Shown: one piece after another, positions 51,236 to 63,821 of the stretch
Layout: each line of letters starts with the position of its first letter
Numbering within the stretch: position 1 is the first letter of the stretch
NCBI GenBank assembly: GCA_030390025.1
Contig: CM059433.1
Span: forward strand, 3,286,001 to 3,350,000
Direction: 5' to 3'
Source of the DNA: Squalus acanthias
Lineage: Eukaryota
Length of the DNA: 64,000 nucleotides
The notes under the pieces: model-generated
Databases searched by the model: none
Told to the model about the DNA's origin: nothing
The model's input: only the letters and a program-made list of their open reading frames with translations
Program-made: the position numbers and the translations under genes

Positions 51236-54104
51236 TGAGCGATTATAATCAGGGATGCTCAAGAGGGCAGAATTTGAGGAGCGCAAATATCTCGGGGGGG
51301 TTGTGGGGCTGAAGGAGAGTACAGAGATAGGAAGGGGTGAGGCCATAGAGGGATTTGAAAACAAGGATGAGAATTTTGAAATCGAGGCTTTGCTTAACTG
51401 GGAGCCAATGTAGGTCAGCGAGCACAGGGGTGATGGGCGAACGGGACTTGGTGCGAGTTAGGACACGGGCAGCCGAGTTTTGGATGACCTCAAGTTTACG
51501 TAGGGTGGAATGTGGGAGGCCAGCCAGGAGTGCATTGGAATAGTCAAGTCTAGAGGTAACAAAGGCATGGATGAGGGTTTCAGCAGCGGATGAGCTGAGG
51601 CAGGGGTGGAGACAGGCGATGTTACGGAGGTGGAAATAGGCAGTCTTTGTTATGCTGCGGAGATGTGGTCGGAAGCTCATTTCAGAGTCAAATATGACAC
51701 CAAGGTTGCGAATAGTCTGGTTCAGCTTCAAACAGATGTTAGGGAGAGGGATGGAGTCGATGGCTAGGGAATGGAGTTTGTGGCGGGGACCGAAAATAAT
51801 GGCTTCGTTCCTCCCAATATTTAATTGGAGAAAATTTCTGCTCATCCAGCACTGGATGTCAGACAAGCAGTCTGAAAATGTTGGGACTGTGGAGGGGTCG
51901 AGAGAAGTGGTGGTGAGGTGGAGCTGGGTGTCGTCAGCGTACATGTGGAAACTGGCACTGTGTTTTCGGACGATGTCGCCAAGGGGCAACATGTAGATGA
52001 GAAATAAGAGGGGGCCAAGGATAGATTATTGGGGGACACTAGAGGTAACGATGTGGGAGCGGGAAGGAAAGCCGTTGCAGGTGATTCTCTGGTTACGATT
52101 AGATAGATAAGAATGGAACCAGGCGAGTGCAGTCCCACCCAGCTGGACGATGGTGGAGAGGCGTTGGAGAAGGATGGAGTGGTCAACCGTGTCAAAGGCT
52201 GCAGACAGGTCGAGAAGGACGAGGAGTTATAGTTTACCTTTGTCACAGTCACAAAGGATGACATTTGTGACTTTGATGAGAGCCGTTTCGGTACTGTGGC
52301 AGGGGCAGAAACATTTTTATGGTACTTGGGTGGGCAGTAGAGAACAAGAATTTTAAATGAGAGGTGAGAGGGGTGGAATAAGGTGAGATGCTCAAAGGAG
52401 GAGAAAGTGCCCGAGGAGTAGGGGGACAGACCAAGGTGTGATTTGGTGATGCGAGCCACACCGCCACCATGGCGGTCTGAGCGGGGCAAGTGGTGGAAGG
52501 TCTCGCCAGGCGGGGAGGCTTCATTTAAGGGTAAGGTGTCATCACCTCTCAACCCAGTTTCCGTCAGGGCCATGATGTCGATGCAGTCATCCACGATAAG
52601 CTCATGGATGGCAAGGGCCTTGTTCGCAAGTGAACGGACATTCTGGAGGGAGATGCGGAGAGGGTCGGTGATGGCTGCCCCACTGCCAGCATCCACAGGG
52701 TCAGCGCTGGGAGGGGTGAGTTGGATGGGGAGGAGATTGGCAAGATTTGCCCCCAGTGGGCACGCTGGGCAGGAAGGTCGGCGAGAGAGTAGGATGGGAC
52801 AGTTGGAGTTGTTATTCATGAGGAGGCGGTGACAAGTGCCTCAATGGGCCCTTCGGAGGATGCCAAGAGAGGCACAGAGTGAAGCTGTAGGCGTATCTAA
52901 GAGGGAGTCAAGCCTGGGACAGCGACAGGAGAGTCGGCAGGTCGAAGAGTAATGAAGGGTTGGGTTAGGGATTTGGGAGGGCAGAGTATCCGAGAGAGGA
53001 AAGATGAAAGGAGGCATGACGACAGGAGAGTGCGGTCAGGGAGGGATAGAGAGAAAAGGAAAAGGGGGAGTAAAAAGTGGAAATAAAAGTGAACGGCTCG
53101 GGTCTGGAGCGGCAGCCAAAGTGTGCATGCGAATGGACACAGGGAAAAACTCAAGTTACATAGGCCTGGTTATGTAACAATTATAGGGATGCATATTTCC
53201 TGGTAGTAGCAGGGAATAGGTTGGTGACAATAGTAGGGAGTCCAGAGTTAAAGTCGGAGGTCCCGTGGAGGGAAAAAGTTGACGTAGGTAGGATGGAGTC
53301 GGCGTGGAGCATCGACGAACTGTTGTACAAGTTCGGAGACAGGTGTAGCAGGCAAGTGAAGTCCAGGAGCTATTTGAAAGGTCGAGATTTGGAGGATGGA
53401 GGTTATTGTCGTGGTAATGAGAATCAGTTGAACAGCAGCAAAACCAATTTGGACCTCAAAATATATTCCTGATCCATATGATAGAGCAGACTTCAGTTTG
53501 AAGCATTTTGAAGAGCATGGCTGTTCGGTACTATCCCCAAGCTTCACACTGAGGGGGGGGGGGGGGAGGAGCACAACGGGGATACAACATTGGAAGGTTG
53601 TAAAGCGATAGATGTAGGCGAAGGGGTTAAGAAGCCAGATGTTATGTGAAAGATAGCATAAATGTACAAGACAGAGGATATGGGAGACCTCTCTGGATAG
53701 ACCTCAATGAGGGAAACAAAGGGAAACTACTGGTGGGAATTTGTTACAAACCACCAGAGCAAACAGCTGACCGTGATGAGCTATTTCACAGGAGAATGAG
53801 GCGGGGATCCAGGAACGTAACGTGTTAAGAATGGAATATTGTAACCAACCTGAACTAAAAAGGAGTTTAGGTAGTGTTAAGAGTAAAACAAAGTATGGAA
53901 TTTCTGAATGGGTAAGGCACTATTAGTTGGAACTAGAGATGTTCCTCGAAAAGAGGCTGTTCTTGACCGAATGCTGACTAAGAATGAGGACATTATAGCA
54001 GGAGTTCAGGTTGGGCAGCAGGTGGAAAATAGTGATCATCGGGTCATAAAGGTCAGGGTAATGAAAGGGAAATAAAATAATAAAGGTAGCATCCCGGACA
54101 TTGA

Positions 54105-56227
54105 GGCCGGGAAATTCGATAAGGCCCGAAAATAGACGTGCGCACGTGCCCGTTTAGAAAGCACAGGCGACACGTCAATTTGGTGCTGCCGACTAATTTA
54201 AATGATTTTAGCGCTCAGCCCAATGACTATCGTGCTGCTGACAGGCTGTGCGCTCAGCGGGAGGCCCCAAGGTCACGTCGCTTTCAAGGCAGTCTCTAGC
54301 CATTAAAGCTGAACTGCCTTCTGCACATAAAAAATGGTATTAGTGCTTCAGCACTAACACAAATTGCTCAACAGGCCAGGGAAGGGGCACCCAGGGTCTC
54401 GGACACAGCACTCCAGCTTTGTGCAGGGGGTCAACACTGGAAGAGAGGTCCGCTACCTACAGGGGGTCAGGAGGCCCTCCAGAAAAATGATGCGGGACTA
54501 GATCGCCGAGGCCATCACTGCCAACAGTGTCGCTCCCAGGGACCTGGCTCCAGTGCCCAAAGAAGTTTCATGACCTTAGGTCAGTGGTCAAAGTCAGTGA
54601 ACGCATCTTCAAAAGTCGTCTCCTACCAGCTTCACCGCTAACTTTACACACTGCTCAATGCACAACAGCCCCCCCCCCCCTTCACTCACCTACCAACAAT
54701 CTCTACCAAACATGAGGCACACCTCACATACCTAGCTTCACTTCACCCCCTTGGAGGAGACGGTGCTGGCCATTCTTGGAAGGGGCATGGCTGAGCCCTT
54801 GGCCAGCGGCAGGGCTGAAAGACTACAAGATACTGATATCCTCATACGCTATCCTCCTTATCATGTCCCAATCTCTTCTCATGCACAAGCTGCACATGGT
54901 GTAAGCATGCACCTCTTGTTTTCCTGCCCTCCCCTCACCACAACCCTTCCCTTGTGCCTTTCTCATTTGTCACACCCAAGAAATCAAGCCTACCCAGCCA
55001 GTGGGTGACCAAGAAGAGGGAGAAGAGAGTGAAGAAGAAGAAGAAACATCATCACTTGATTTCACACTCCCAGCCACCAGCTCCTCAAGGTTGTCCTGCA
55101 AGGCCATCTGCAGTGTCCCCCACTGAAAGTCAGTAGCCTTCCACCAGCCATGCTGCAGCCACTGGGGTAGCATTGCGTAATATCACTAGGATAGGCAAAG
55201 GCACACACATTACAGTCACTAAGGGAATGCACAAGGATGATTAGTTGATTTTTTGATGTAATATTGGATGCATATATGGATAAAGTTGGATTGAAAAGTT
55301 TGCTTTGTGGTGGCTTTTATCTTAGCATTGTGGCCAAGAGGATGCTGTGATGGTCAGTAACAGAGGGAAGGTAAGGTGTGGGACAGATGTTGAAAGGGGA
55401 ATTGGGATTGTAGTCACTGGTATTGTAGATGGATGACTCGATCCCAGATATCCCAGCCAGAAAGGGGCTGTCTGGGTTGCCTCCTTCATTCCGTTTCCTG
55501 CTCTTCTGCTTCCTCCTCTTCCTACATTACAACAGTGACCACACTTCAAAAAGTTCTTCATTGGCTGTAAAGCATTTTGGGATGTCCGGTGGTTGTCAAA
55601 GGCGCTATATAAATGCAAATCTTTCTTTCTCTCTTTTTTTTCCGCTTCCTCCTCTTCTCTCTGTGAGCAGCTTGTCCCCTTTGCTGCCTCTGTTTCATCT
55701 CCAGGTGATGTTGCAGCCCAAGGGGGACTGCAACTAGAGTCCTCAAGACTGTGAGCAAGTGGACTTCTCAGCGGCCTTCCTTTAACATCCAAAGCCTTGC
55801 AAGCGTCCAGCAGCACTTTCTGCACTCCCTGCACACGTTAACAACTTTTTAAGTGTATTGCACCAAGCCACAACTCCAATAAAATGTAAACAAAACAGTT
55901 CAAAAGCTAAAATTGAAACTTACCTGAAAGATGTGTGTGTCCCTTTAAGAAGCGCTGGCAGCGTCTCTGTCGTACTGCTGCGCACGTGGTTTGGCGAGGG
56001 CTGTATGCAGAGCGGGAATGTCCAAACTCACAGTCGTGCATCAGTTCAGGCGTTGCACGCCGATTGACGTCACACTCTGCATATTTACATGTGGGAGGCG
56101 AGCGCAGGCAACGGCAGCACCAACGACCTCCCCAAAATGGTGGCTGCCGTGTTCCACGCCGGAAACGGACGGCGGCGCGGCGGCTGCCATTTTTTCAGCC
56201 TTAACTGCACCCCCAAATTTCGCGGCC
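54105..56227. mobile_element. Harbinger internal-deletion derivative with a Myb/SANT relic (+) and transposase N-terminal relic (-)
   Basis: 14-bp TIR GGCCGGGAAATTCG / CAAATTTCGCGGCC (12/14), flanks TGA/CGA. TWLQCPKKFHDLRSVVK followed by a GTCAGT donor at about 54593. Confidence 0.8.
55522..55643 (+). mobile_element. DeuSINE 3' fragment
   Basis: Matches 63663-63774. 14-bp TSD GCTTCCTCCTCTTC at 55508-55521 and 55644-55657. Confidence 0.85.
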
Positions 56228-57104
56228 CGAAGCTTTTGGGAGGCAGATTTTAGGAAGTTGTACACAGGTGGGAGGAAAATGGGGTAGGGCTAAAAAAATA
56301 AAGGGGCAGACTGGTGTCTAAATGGAAGAGACGTAAAAAGATTATTGAGAGGTGGTATGTGTAAGAGAGGTAGGAAAAAAACAGTGGGTGACAAAGGCCA
56401 GCCTGGGAATGTAATTTAAAGCAGTTAGAGATAAAGTGAAGGCTTTCAAATTGTCTGGAACAGAAGATAGGCAGAGCAAATATTACTAAAAACAAGGATG
56501 CAAAATGGCTATTCAAATGGCTAAGCAAGCATTTGAATTTAGAATTGGTAGAGACAGAGTAGATCAAAGGAGGTTATTCCACCAGTGTATAGAGCAGTGG
56601 TCAGGCTACATCTAGAGTATTGTGCGTAGTTCGGAAATCCTTACTACAGGAAGGATATAGCAGAGCTGGAGGGAAGAGCTACTGGAAAGAAATAGAGAAT
56701 AAATATATAAGGATTGACTCACAGGACTAATACTTTTCTCATTGGAGAGAACAGCACTTAGGGGGATGTGCTTGAGGTATCCCAAGGCTCAGGTATGTAG
56801 AGGATCAGTCAGGAATATTTGTGGTGGAAATTTCTGGGGGCAATTTCCTTGCTGATTTCAGTGCAATAGCGGTGTATAAACTGTGCAGGAATTTCTTAGC
56901 CAGGAAGTTCAGGTGGAAGTCGGTTTCGCCCATTTTGCTCCATCAAAACACTTCCTCCAAGTTCCCTCGCACTTGACCTTATTTGGGAACTGGGGTTCTT
57001 CTCATTCGGCAAGCCAGCGCCCTACTGACGACAGGAAGGTGGTCCCAACTGGATAAACACCAGGAAGCTGGTAGGCTGAGTAGTTTAAACTGGGTCTCTA
57101 AACC

Positions 57105-57397
57105 TTGGCTATCTCTGACCCACTGACCCCTCCTCCGCCGCCTCTTTGTTGTCAGACTGCTTTTCCGACATCCAGGCTCGGATGAGCCGCAATTTTCCCC
57201 TGTTAAACATTGGGAAAATCGAAGCCATTGTCTTTGGCCCCTGCCACAAATTCCATACCTTTGCCACCGATTTCATCGCACTCCTTGACCACTGCCAGAG
57301 GCTGAACCAGACTGTTCACAACTTCAGGATCTTATTCGACCCCAAGCCGAGGTTCCAACCCATATCCTCTCCATCACCAAGACCGCAAACTTCCACT
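57105..57397 (+). mobile_element. L2 fragment, diverged
   Basis: LSDCFSDIQARMSRNFPLLNIGKIEAIVFGP, homologous to 60280-60550. Confidence 0.8.
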
Positions 57398-60064
57398 ACA
57401 CAGGATTACATCAGGTATACGGCACAGAAACAGGCCATTCGGCCCAACCAGTCCATGCCGGTGTTTATGCTCCACTCGAGCCTCCTCCCGTCTTTCCTCA
57501 TCTAAATCTGTCAGCATAACCCTCTATTCCCTTCTCCCTCATATGCTTGTCTAGCCTCCCCTTAAATACATCTATACTATTCGCCTCAACCACTCCCTGT
57601 GGTAGCGAGTTCCACATTCTCACCACTCTCTGGGGAAAGAAGTTTCTTCTGAATTCCCTATTTTTTCAAGAGAAAAGAGACCCAGCCTGTTCACCCTTTC
57701 CTGATATGTATACCCTCGCATTTCTGGTATCATCCTTGTAAATCTTCTCTGCACCCTCTCCAGTGCCTCTATATCCTTTTTATAATATGGTGACCAGACT
57801 GTACGCAGTACTCTAGGTGTGGTCTAACCAAGGTTCAATACAGGTTTAGCATAACTTCCCTACTTTTCAATTCTATCCCTTTAGTGTTTGGTTTGCTTTT
57901 CTTTTGGCCTTGCTAACCTATGTCGCAACTTTTAGTGATTTGTGTATTTGTACTCCGAGATCCCTTTGTTCCTCTACCCCACCTAGACTCGCACCCTCAA
58001 GTAATAAATGACCTCCCTATTCTTCCTACCAAAATGTAATACCTCACATTTATCTGTGTTGAACTTCATTTGCCAATTATATGCCCATTCTGCAATTTTA
58101 TTAATGTCCTCCTGTAACTTGTTGCAGTCCTCCTCAGTATTGACTATCCCCCAAATTTGGTGTCATCCGCAAATTTAGAAATTATGTTTTTGATTCCAAA
58201 GTCTAAAACGTTAATGTAAATTGTGAACAGCAGTGGTCCCAGCACTGATCCTTGTGGAACACCACTACCCACCTTCTGCCACTGTGAATAGCTACCCTTT
58301 ACTCCTACTCTCTGCTTTCTGTCCTGAAGCCAGCCAGCAATCCATTCTGCTACTTGTCCTCTGACTCCGCAGTCTCTGACCTTGTTCCTCAGTCTATTAT
58401 GGGGCACCTTATCGAAGGCCTTTTGAAAATCCAGATAAATTATATCTATTGCATTACCATTGTCTACTCTCTCTGTTACCTCTTCAAAAAATTCAATAAG
58501 GTTGGTCAAGCATGATTTTTCCTTTTGAAATCCATGCTGACTATTCATTACTATATTTTTGGTTTCTAGATGTTCTTCTATTTTTTCCTTTAGTAGGGAT
58601 TCCATTATTTTTCCTACCAGCGATGTTAAGCTGACTGGTCTATAATTCCCTGGAAATGTTCTATCCCCCTTCTTAAATATAGGTATTACATTAGCTATCC
58701 ACCAGTCCTCTGGCACTACACCTTTTTCTAACGAATTATTAAATATGTGTAGTAATGCCTCTGCTATCTCTTCCCTAGATTCTTTTAAAATGCGTGGATG
58801 CAATCCATCTGACCAGGGGTTTTATCCTCTTCAAGTTTGATTAATTTATTTAATATATCCCCTTTTTTTATTTTAAATGCACTTATCTCATTACTAATCT
58901 CATCATCTAATGTCATGTCCACCTGTTCAATCTCCCTGGTAAATACTGAAGCGAAATAATTATTTAATATTTCTGCCATCTCTCTATCATTACCTGTTGT
59001 ATTATCCTGTCCATCCCTCAATGGCTCTATTCCCATCCCAACCTTCCTTTTTTTATTGATGTGCCTGTAAAATATTTTACTATTTTGTTTTATGTTCCTT
59101 GATAATTTAATTTCATAGTTCCTCTTTGCCTCCCTAATTGTTTTTTTGACTTCTCTCCTAATCTTTTCGTATTCTCTCTTATCATGCACTCCCCTGCTGT
59201 CTATGTACTTAATGTATGCCTCTTTCCTTACCCTCAATTGTTCCCTTATAGCTTTATTCATCCATGGAGTCTCATTATAGTTTAGTTTGTTCTTTCCTTT
59301 CAGCTGAATATATTTTCCCTGCACTCTGTTGAACACCGTTTTAAATGTTTCCCATTGCTGCTCTACATCGTTGTTTGCCAATATTGTTGCCCATTTTTTT
59401 TCCCAAGTTCTATTCTCAGCCCCTCAAAATCAACTTTACTCCAATCTATTAACCTGGTTTTCATCATACTTATGTCCTTCTCAATTATCATCCTAAAGCG
59501 TATTATATTATGGTCACTATTACCTAGATGTTTCCCTACTTTTACTTCTCTTATCTACTCTGGTTCATTCCCCAGTAGTAGATTCAATAGCGAATCCTCC
59601 CTTGTTGGGCTTTTTACACATTGGGTTAGAAAGGAGTCCTGTACACATTGTCGGAACTCCATTCCCTTATCCCCTTTACCTACCTCTTCTGTCCAATTAA
59701 TATCGGGGTAGTTCAAATCCCCCATGATTATTATTCTATGTTTTTTACTCATTTCCCTAAATTGTCTGCACATTTCTTCCTCCACCTCCCTTCCACTATT
59801 AGGTGGTCTTTAAACTATGCCTATTAGTGTGATTAATCCTTCATTATCTTTTATCTCTATCCACATGGATTCTATTTTTGTCTTGCTGATATCTGCGTCA
59901 TTTTTTTCTACTGCCATTATGTTATCCTTAATAAGTACAGCTACTCCACCTCCCCTTTTTCCCTCTCTATCTTTTCTAAATATGTTGTACCCGTCCTGAT
60001 TTTTCTGTAGCCATGTCTCAGTAATCCCTACAATGTCTGGTTCCTCGCGACGCATGATTGCCAT
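57398..60064 (-). mobile_element. CR1 LINE (AT-rich subfamily), 5'-truncated within the endonuclease
   Basis: [62 protein letters not shown]. Confidence 0.93.
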
Positions 60065-60065
60065 G

Positions 60066-61225
60066 ATTCTTATCTAACTAATCATAGCCAGAGAATCACC
60101 TGCAATGGTTTCTCTTCCCACTTCTGCATCGTTACTTCTGGTGTCCCCCAAGGATCTATCCTTGGCCCCCTCCTATTTCTCATCTACAGGCTGCCCCTTG
60201 GTGACATCGTCCGAAAACACAGCATCAGTTTCCACATGTACGCTGACGACACCCAGCTCTACCTCACCACCACTTCTCTCGACCCCTCCACAGTCTCTAA
60301 ATTGTCAGACTGCTTGTCCGACATCCAGTTCTGGATGAGCAGATATTTTCTCCAATTAAATATTGGGAAGACTGAAGCCATTGTTTTCGGTCCCCATCAC
60401 AAACTCCGTTCCCTAGCTACTGACTCCATCCCTCTCCCTAACATCTGTCTGAGGCTGAACCACACTGTTCGCAACCTTGGTGTCATATTTGACCCAGAAA
60501 TGAGCTTCTGACCACATATCCGCGGCATAACAAAGACCGCTTATTTCCACCTCCATAACATCGCCCGTCTCCGCCCTTGCCTTAGCTCATCTGCTGCTGA
60601 AACCCTCATCCATGCCTTTGTTACCTCCAGACTTGACTATTCCAACGCACTCCTGGCTGGCCTCCCACATTCCACACTACGTAAACTTGAGGTCATCCAA
60701 AACTTGGCTGCCTGTGTTCTAACTTGAACCAAGTCTTGTTCACCCATCACCCCTGTGCTCGCTGACCTACATTGGCTCCAGGTTAAGCAACACCTCGTTT
60801 TCAAAGTTCTCATCCTTGTTTTCAAATCCATCCATGGCCTCGCCCCTCCCTAACTCTGTAATCTCCTTCAGCCCCACAACACCTCCCCACCCCCCCCCCC
60901 CGCCCCCCGAGATATCTGCGCTCCTCCAGTTCTGCCATCTTGAGCATCCCTGATTATAATCGCTCAACCATTGATGGCCGTGCCTTCAGCTGCCTAGGTC
61001 CTCAGCTCTGGAATTCCCTCCCTAAACCTGTCCACCTCGCTACCACTTTCCTCCTTTATGACGCTTCTTAACACCTACCTTTCTGACCAAGCTTTTGGTC
61101 ACCTGCCCTAATTTCTCATTATGTGGCTCTGTGTCAAATTGTTTGTCTTAAAATACTGCTGTGCAGCGCCTTGGGATGTTTTACTACGTTAAAGGCGCTA
61201 TATAAATACAAGTTGTTGTTGTTGC
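60066..61225 (+). mobile_element. L2 LINE 3' fragment
   Basis: GVPQGSILGP, MYADDTQLYL, and 3' end AAAGGCGCTATATAAATACAAG(TTG)n. Inverse homolog of 50761-52125. Confidence 0.93.
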
Positions 61226-61363
61226 TATTGTTGTAAAGGCACTAGATAAATGCAAGTTGTTGTGTTATACTAGCCTGAACATAATTCTATGAACATAGAT
61301 AAGTGGGGTATGTCTCTTTGGGTAACAGTACATATCGGGGGACCAGATATTCTAAAAGAACAA

Positions 61364-62114
61364 GGGGGAAAAATTGGGTTGCTTTGCGCCTCCTGTAAGC
61401 GCCCCCTGGGGGGCACTAACGGGGCACAAAGCCCCTAGTCTGGGCGCGGCACCGCTGACGCCTCCCGCAAAATTCAGCGGGAGGTTAACGGTGACGGTAG
61501 CCGGTAGCGCCCCGCGGCGCTGCGCCTCAGGCAATGACGTCATCATCGTGCGCAGCGCCCTACTCACGCCCCAGCCACAAACTTCGGTCGCGCCCCCTGA
61601 CCTATCACCGGACGCTATTTCCGACAGGGTCAGGGGGGGCGTTTTTGCAGCCGCGGCGGCACAAATTATAGGGCAGGGGCCGGGCGGCCATTTTTTTGGG
61701 TCCGTCTGCCAGCACCTGCCCCCTTTCAGTTTCCTCATTCAGGGCGCCGGCCGCAATTGGTCAGCTGGGCACTCCTCTTGAGTGCCGGGCTGTTTTCTCG
61801 GCACCCCGCTCCCGGGTGGTCCAGCATGGCCCCGGTGCGCGCTGCGCTAGGCCACTCCCCTTTCATCAGGGGCGGGAGGCCTGCAGTACCGCGGCGCGAC
61901 GTGCCGATGTGCGAGGCGCTGTTGCACGTAGCGCCGTGATATTGAATGGAAGCGCCCCAGGAAGAAGGGGGAGCGCTTCCAGTAGCGCCCGGCCTCCTGC
62001 TTGGGACGCTACCACTCAATTTACGGCGCGGGGGCGCTAACTTCTTTGGGGCACTAAAAGTAGCGCCCCAGCGAAGTTAGCGCCCCAAAGGGAGCATGAC
62101 CGAATTTTTCCCCC
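61364..62114. mobile_element. Harbinger-type non-autonomous element (family A)
   Basis: TIR GGGGGAAAAATT / AATTTTTCCCCC, flanks CAA/CAG. Homologous to 10597-11295. Confidence 0.85.
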
Positions 62115-62595
62115 CAGGTGTCTTAAGTCACTTGGCTCAGAGACTGTTTAACATGATAATGGGTTTCTGGGTGCGTCACACACCCGACTGACCCAAAAAA
62201 GAATGAATCTTAACCTGCAATCCCACTTCTTTGCGAATTATTGATGCAAGGGTACACACTGCCACTCTCAGCAGCAAATTCATTCTTACAGCGATATGTT
62301 TCAGCAGCATCCTGAGTCAAGAGATCCCATTAAACTCTAGACTGCAGTCCAAACCAGTACTTATTACCCTTATGTTCAACTCTTTCTCCTTCATTCTCGG
62401 TCTTCCTCTCCATCTGTAGACCACTTTTCCTCAATTCAATTCCCAAGCATTCAAAAAAACCACTTACCCACTGTTTATAAAAAGTTATACTGAGAATGAC
62501 TTCAGTCAATCGAATATTAACTAGGATAATAGTTTTACAATTCACCGTCAATGTGAATCTTTAGTTTACATTTTTTTTGGTGCAAGTGCAATATT

Positions 62596-63120
62596 GGCCC
62601 GAAAATTAGACCTAATATGGGAGATTACGCACTGTGTACTCTCGCGTATTCGGTCCCGAAGTGCCGGTTTCCTGCATGCACTGCGCATGCGCGGGAAACC
62701 GGCACATTGGGTATTGCGAAGGGGGCGGTTCCTAAGTGAACCGCGTGCGCGCTACAGGTTGTGCGCACGCAGCACACTTAGGTTTTTTTTCAGGTTTGAA
62801 CGCGCAGGTAAGTGTTGAAGATTTTACACATAAAGAAAGCAGACGTAAGACCCCCTTTTAACAAGGTATGTAGTTAATTAAGTATTATTTTAAATTTTTT
62901 TCAACAGGTTTATCTTTTTTAGAGACTTTAAAGAAAGGTAAGTTTATTTTTATAACTTTTAAAAAGAATTTACATTTTTTTTTAAATTTAAATTTTTGTT
63001 TAAAGTGGTTAATTTATTTAACTATACTTATTTTATTAATGTGATGGCTTTTTTTTAAAATTTAATTGAGGTTTAGCTGTTCTTTTGGGGGCTTGTTGTA
63101 TTCATAGTTTTGACAGCTCA
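62596..63120 (+). mobile_element. Harbinger-type non-autonomous element (family B), right end missing
   Basis: Starts GGCCCGAAAATT and is collinear with 44041-44550. Confidence 0.8.
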
Positions 63121-63296
63121 GGAATTAAAGTTGGGTTTTTTTTTCCCCCGTTCTTCAGCTCCTGACCGGCGATTCCCGTTCCCGATTAAAATCGGGGTTA
63201 TAGGTCGCTCGCAAAAATGGGCAAAGTAATTTCATTTCCCCTCCGCCCATTAGGTCATCATACGTACCGATCACCTTCTGTGTACCAATCATCTTA

Positions 63297-63774
63297 GTGT
63301 CAGCTGTGGCTCAGTGGGCAGCACACTCGCCTCTGTGTCAGAAGGTTGTGGGTTCAAATCCCACTCCAGGGACTCGAGCACATAAATCTAGGCTGACACT
63401 CCTGTGCAGTGCTGAGGGAGTGCTGCACTGTCGGAAGTGCCTGTCTTTCAGATGAGACGTTAAACCGAGGCCCCGTCTGCTCTCTCAGGTGGATGTAAAA
63501 GATCCCAAGGCCACTATTCCGAAGAAGAGCAGGGGGAGTTATTCCCGGTGTCCTGGCCAATATTTATCCCTCAACCAACATCACTAAAAAACAGATTATC
63601 TGGTCATTATCACATTGCTGTTTGTGGGAGCTTGCTGTGCGCAAATTGGCTGCTGCTTTTCCCACATTACAACAGTGACTCCACTTCAAAAAGTACTTCA
63701 TTGGATGTAAAGCGCTTTGAGATGTCTGGTGGTTGTGAAAGGCGCCGTATAAAGGCAAGTCTTTCTTTCTTTCT
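63297..63774 (+). mobile_element. DeuSINE (SacSINE1-like), full length
   Basis: A-box TGGCTCAGTGG, B-box GGTTCAAATCC, Deu-like core CAGATGAGACGTTAAACCGAGG..CCCGGTGTCCTGGCCAA, and (CTTT)n tail. Confidence 0.9.
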
Positions 63775-63821
63775 GACTTAAGAGGCAAATGTGCTCCTAC
63801 TGAACCAAGGCTGACACTTAG

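Larger units (their letters stand above)
50761..53150 (-). mobile_element. L2 LINE with a large internal deletion
   Basis: EN start LQNVRSLANK..MALTETGL..LYCPPK is joined at about 52312 to RT CHSTETALIKVTN..HMYADDTQL..HAFVTSRLDYSNALL..LHWLPV. (GTT)n tail. 5' boundary approximate. Confidence 0.92.
53570..56800 (+). mobile_element. Very old CR1 ORF2 relic, split by the Harbinger derivative
   Basis: LLVGICYKPP (APE) at about 53730, SDH-like motif at about 54030, and decayed YRAVVRLHLEYC at about 56590. Confidence 0.6.

Noticed and set aside
63297..63375. tRNA gene (also heads at 9138, 26300 and 43361)
   Set aside because: The A/B boxes belong to SINE heads that continue into SINE bodies; I could not establish a complete cloverleaf.
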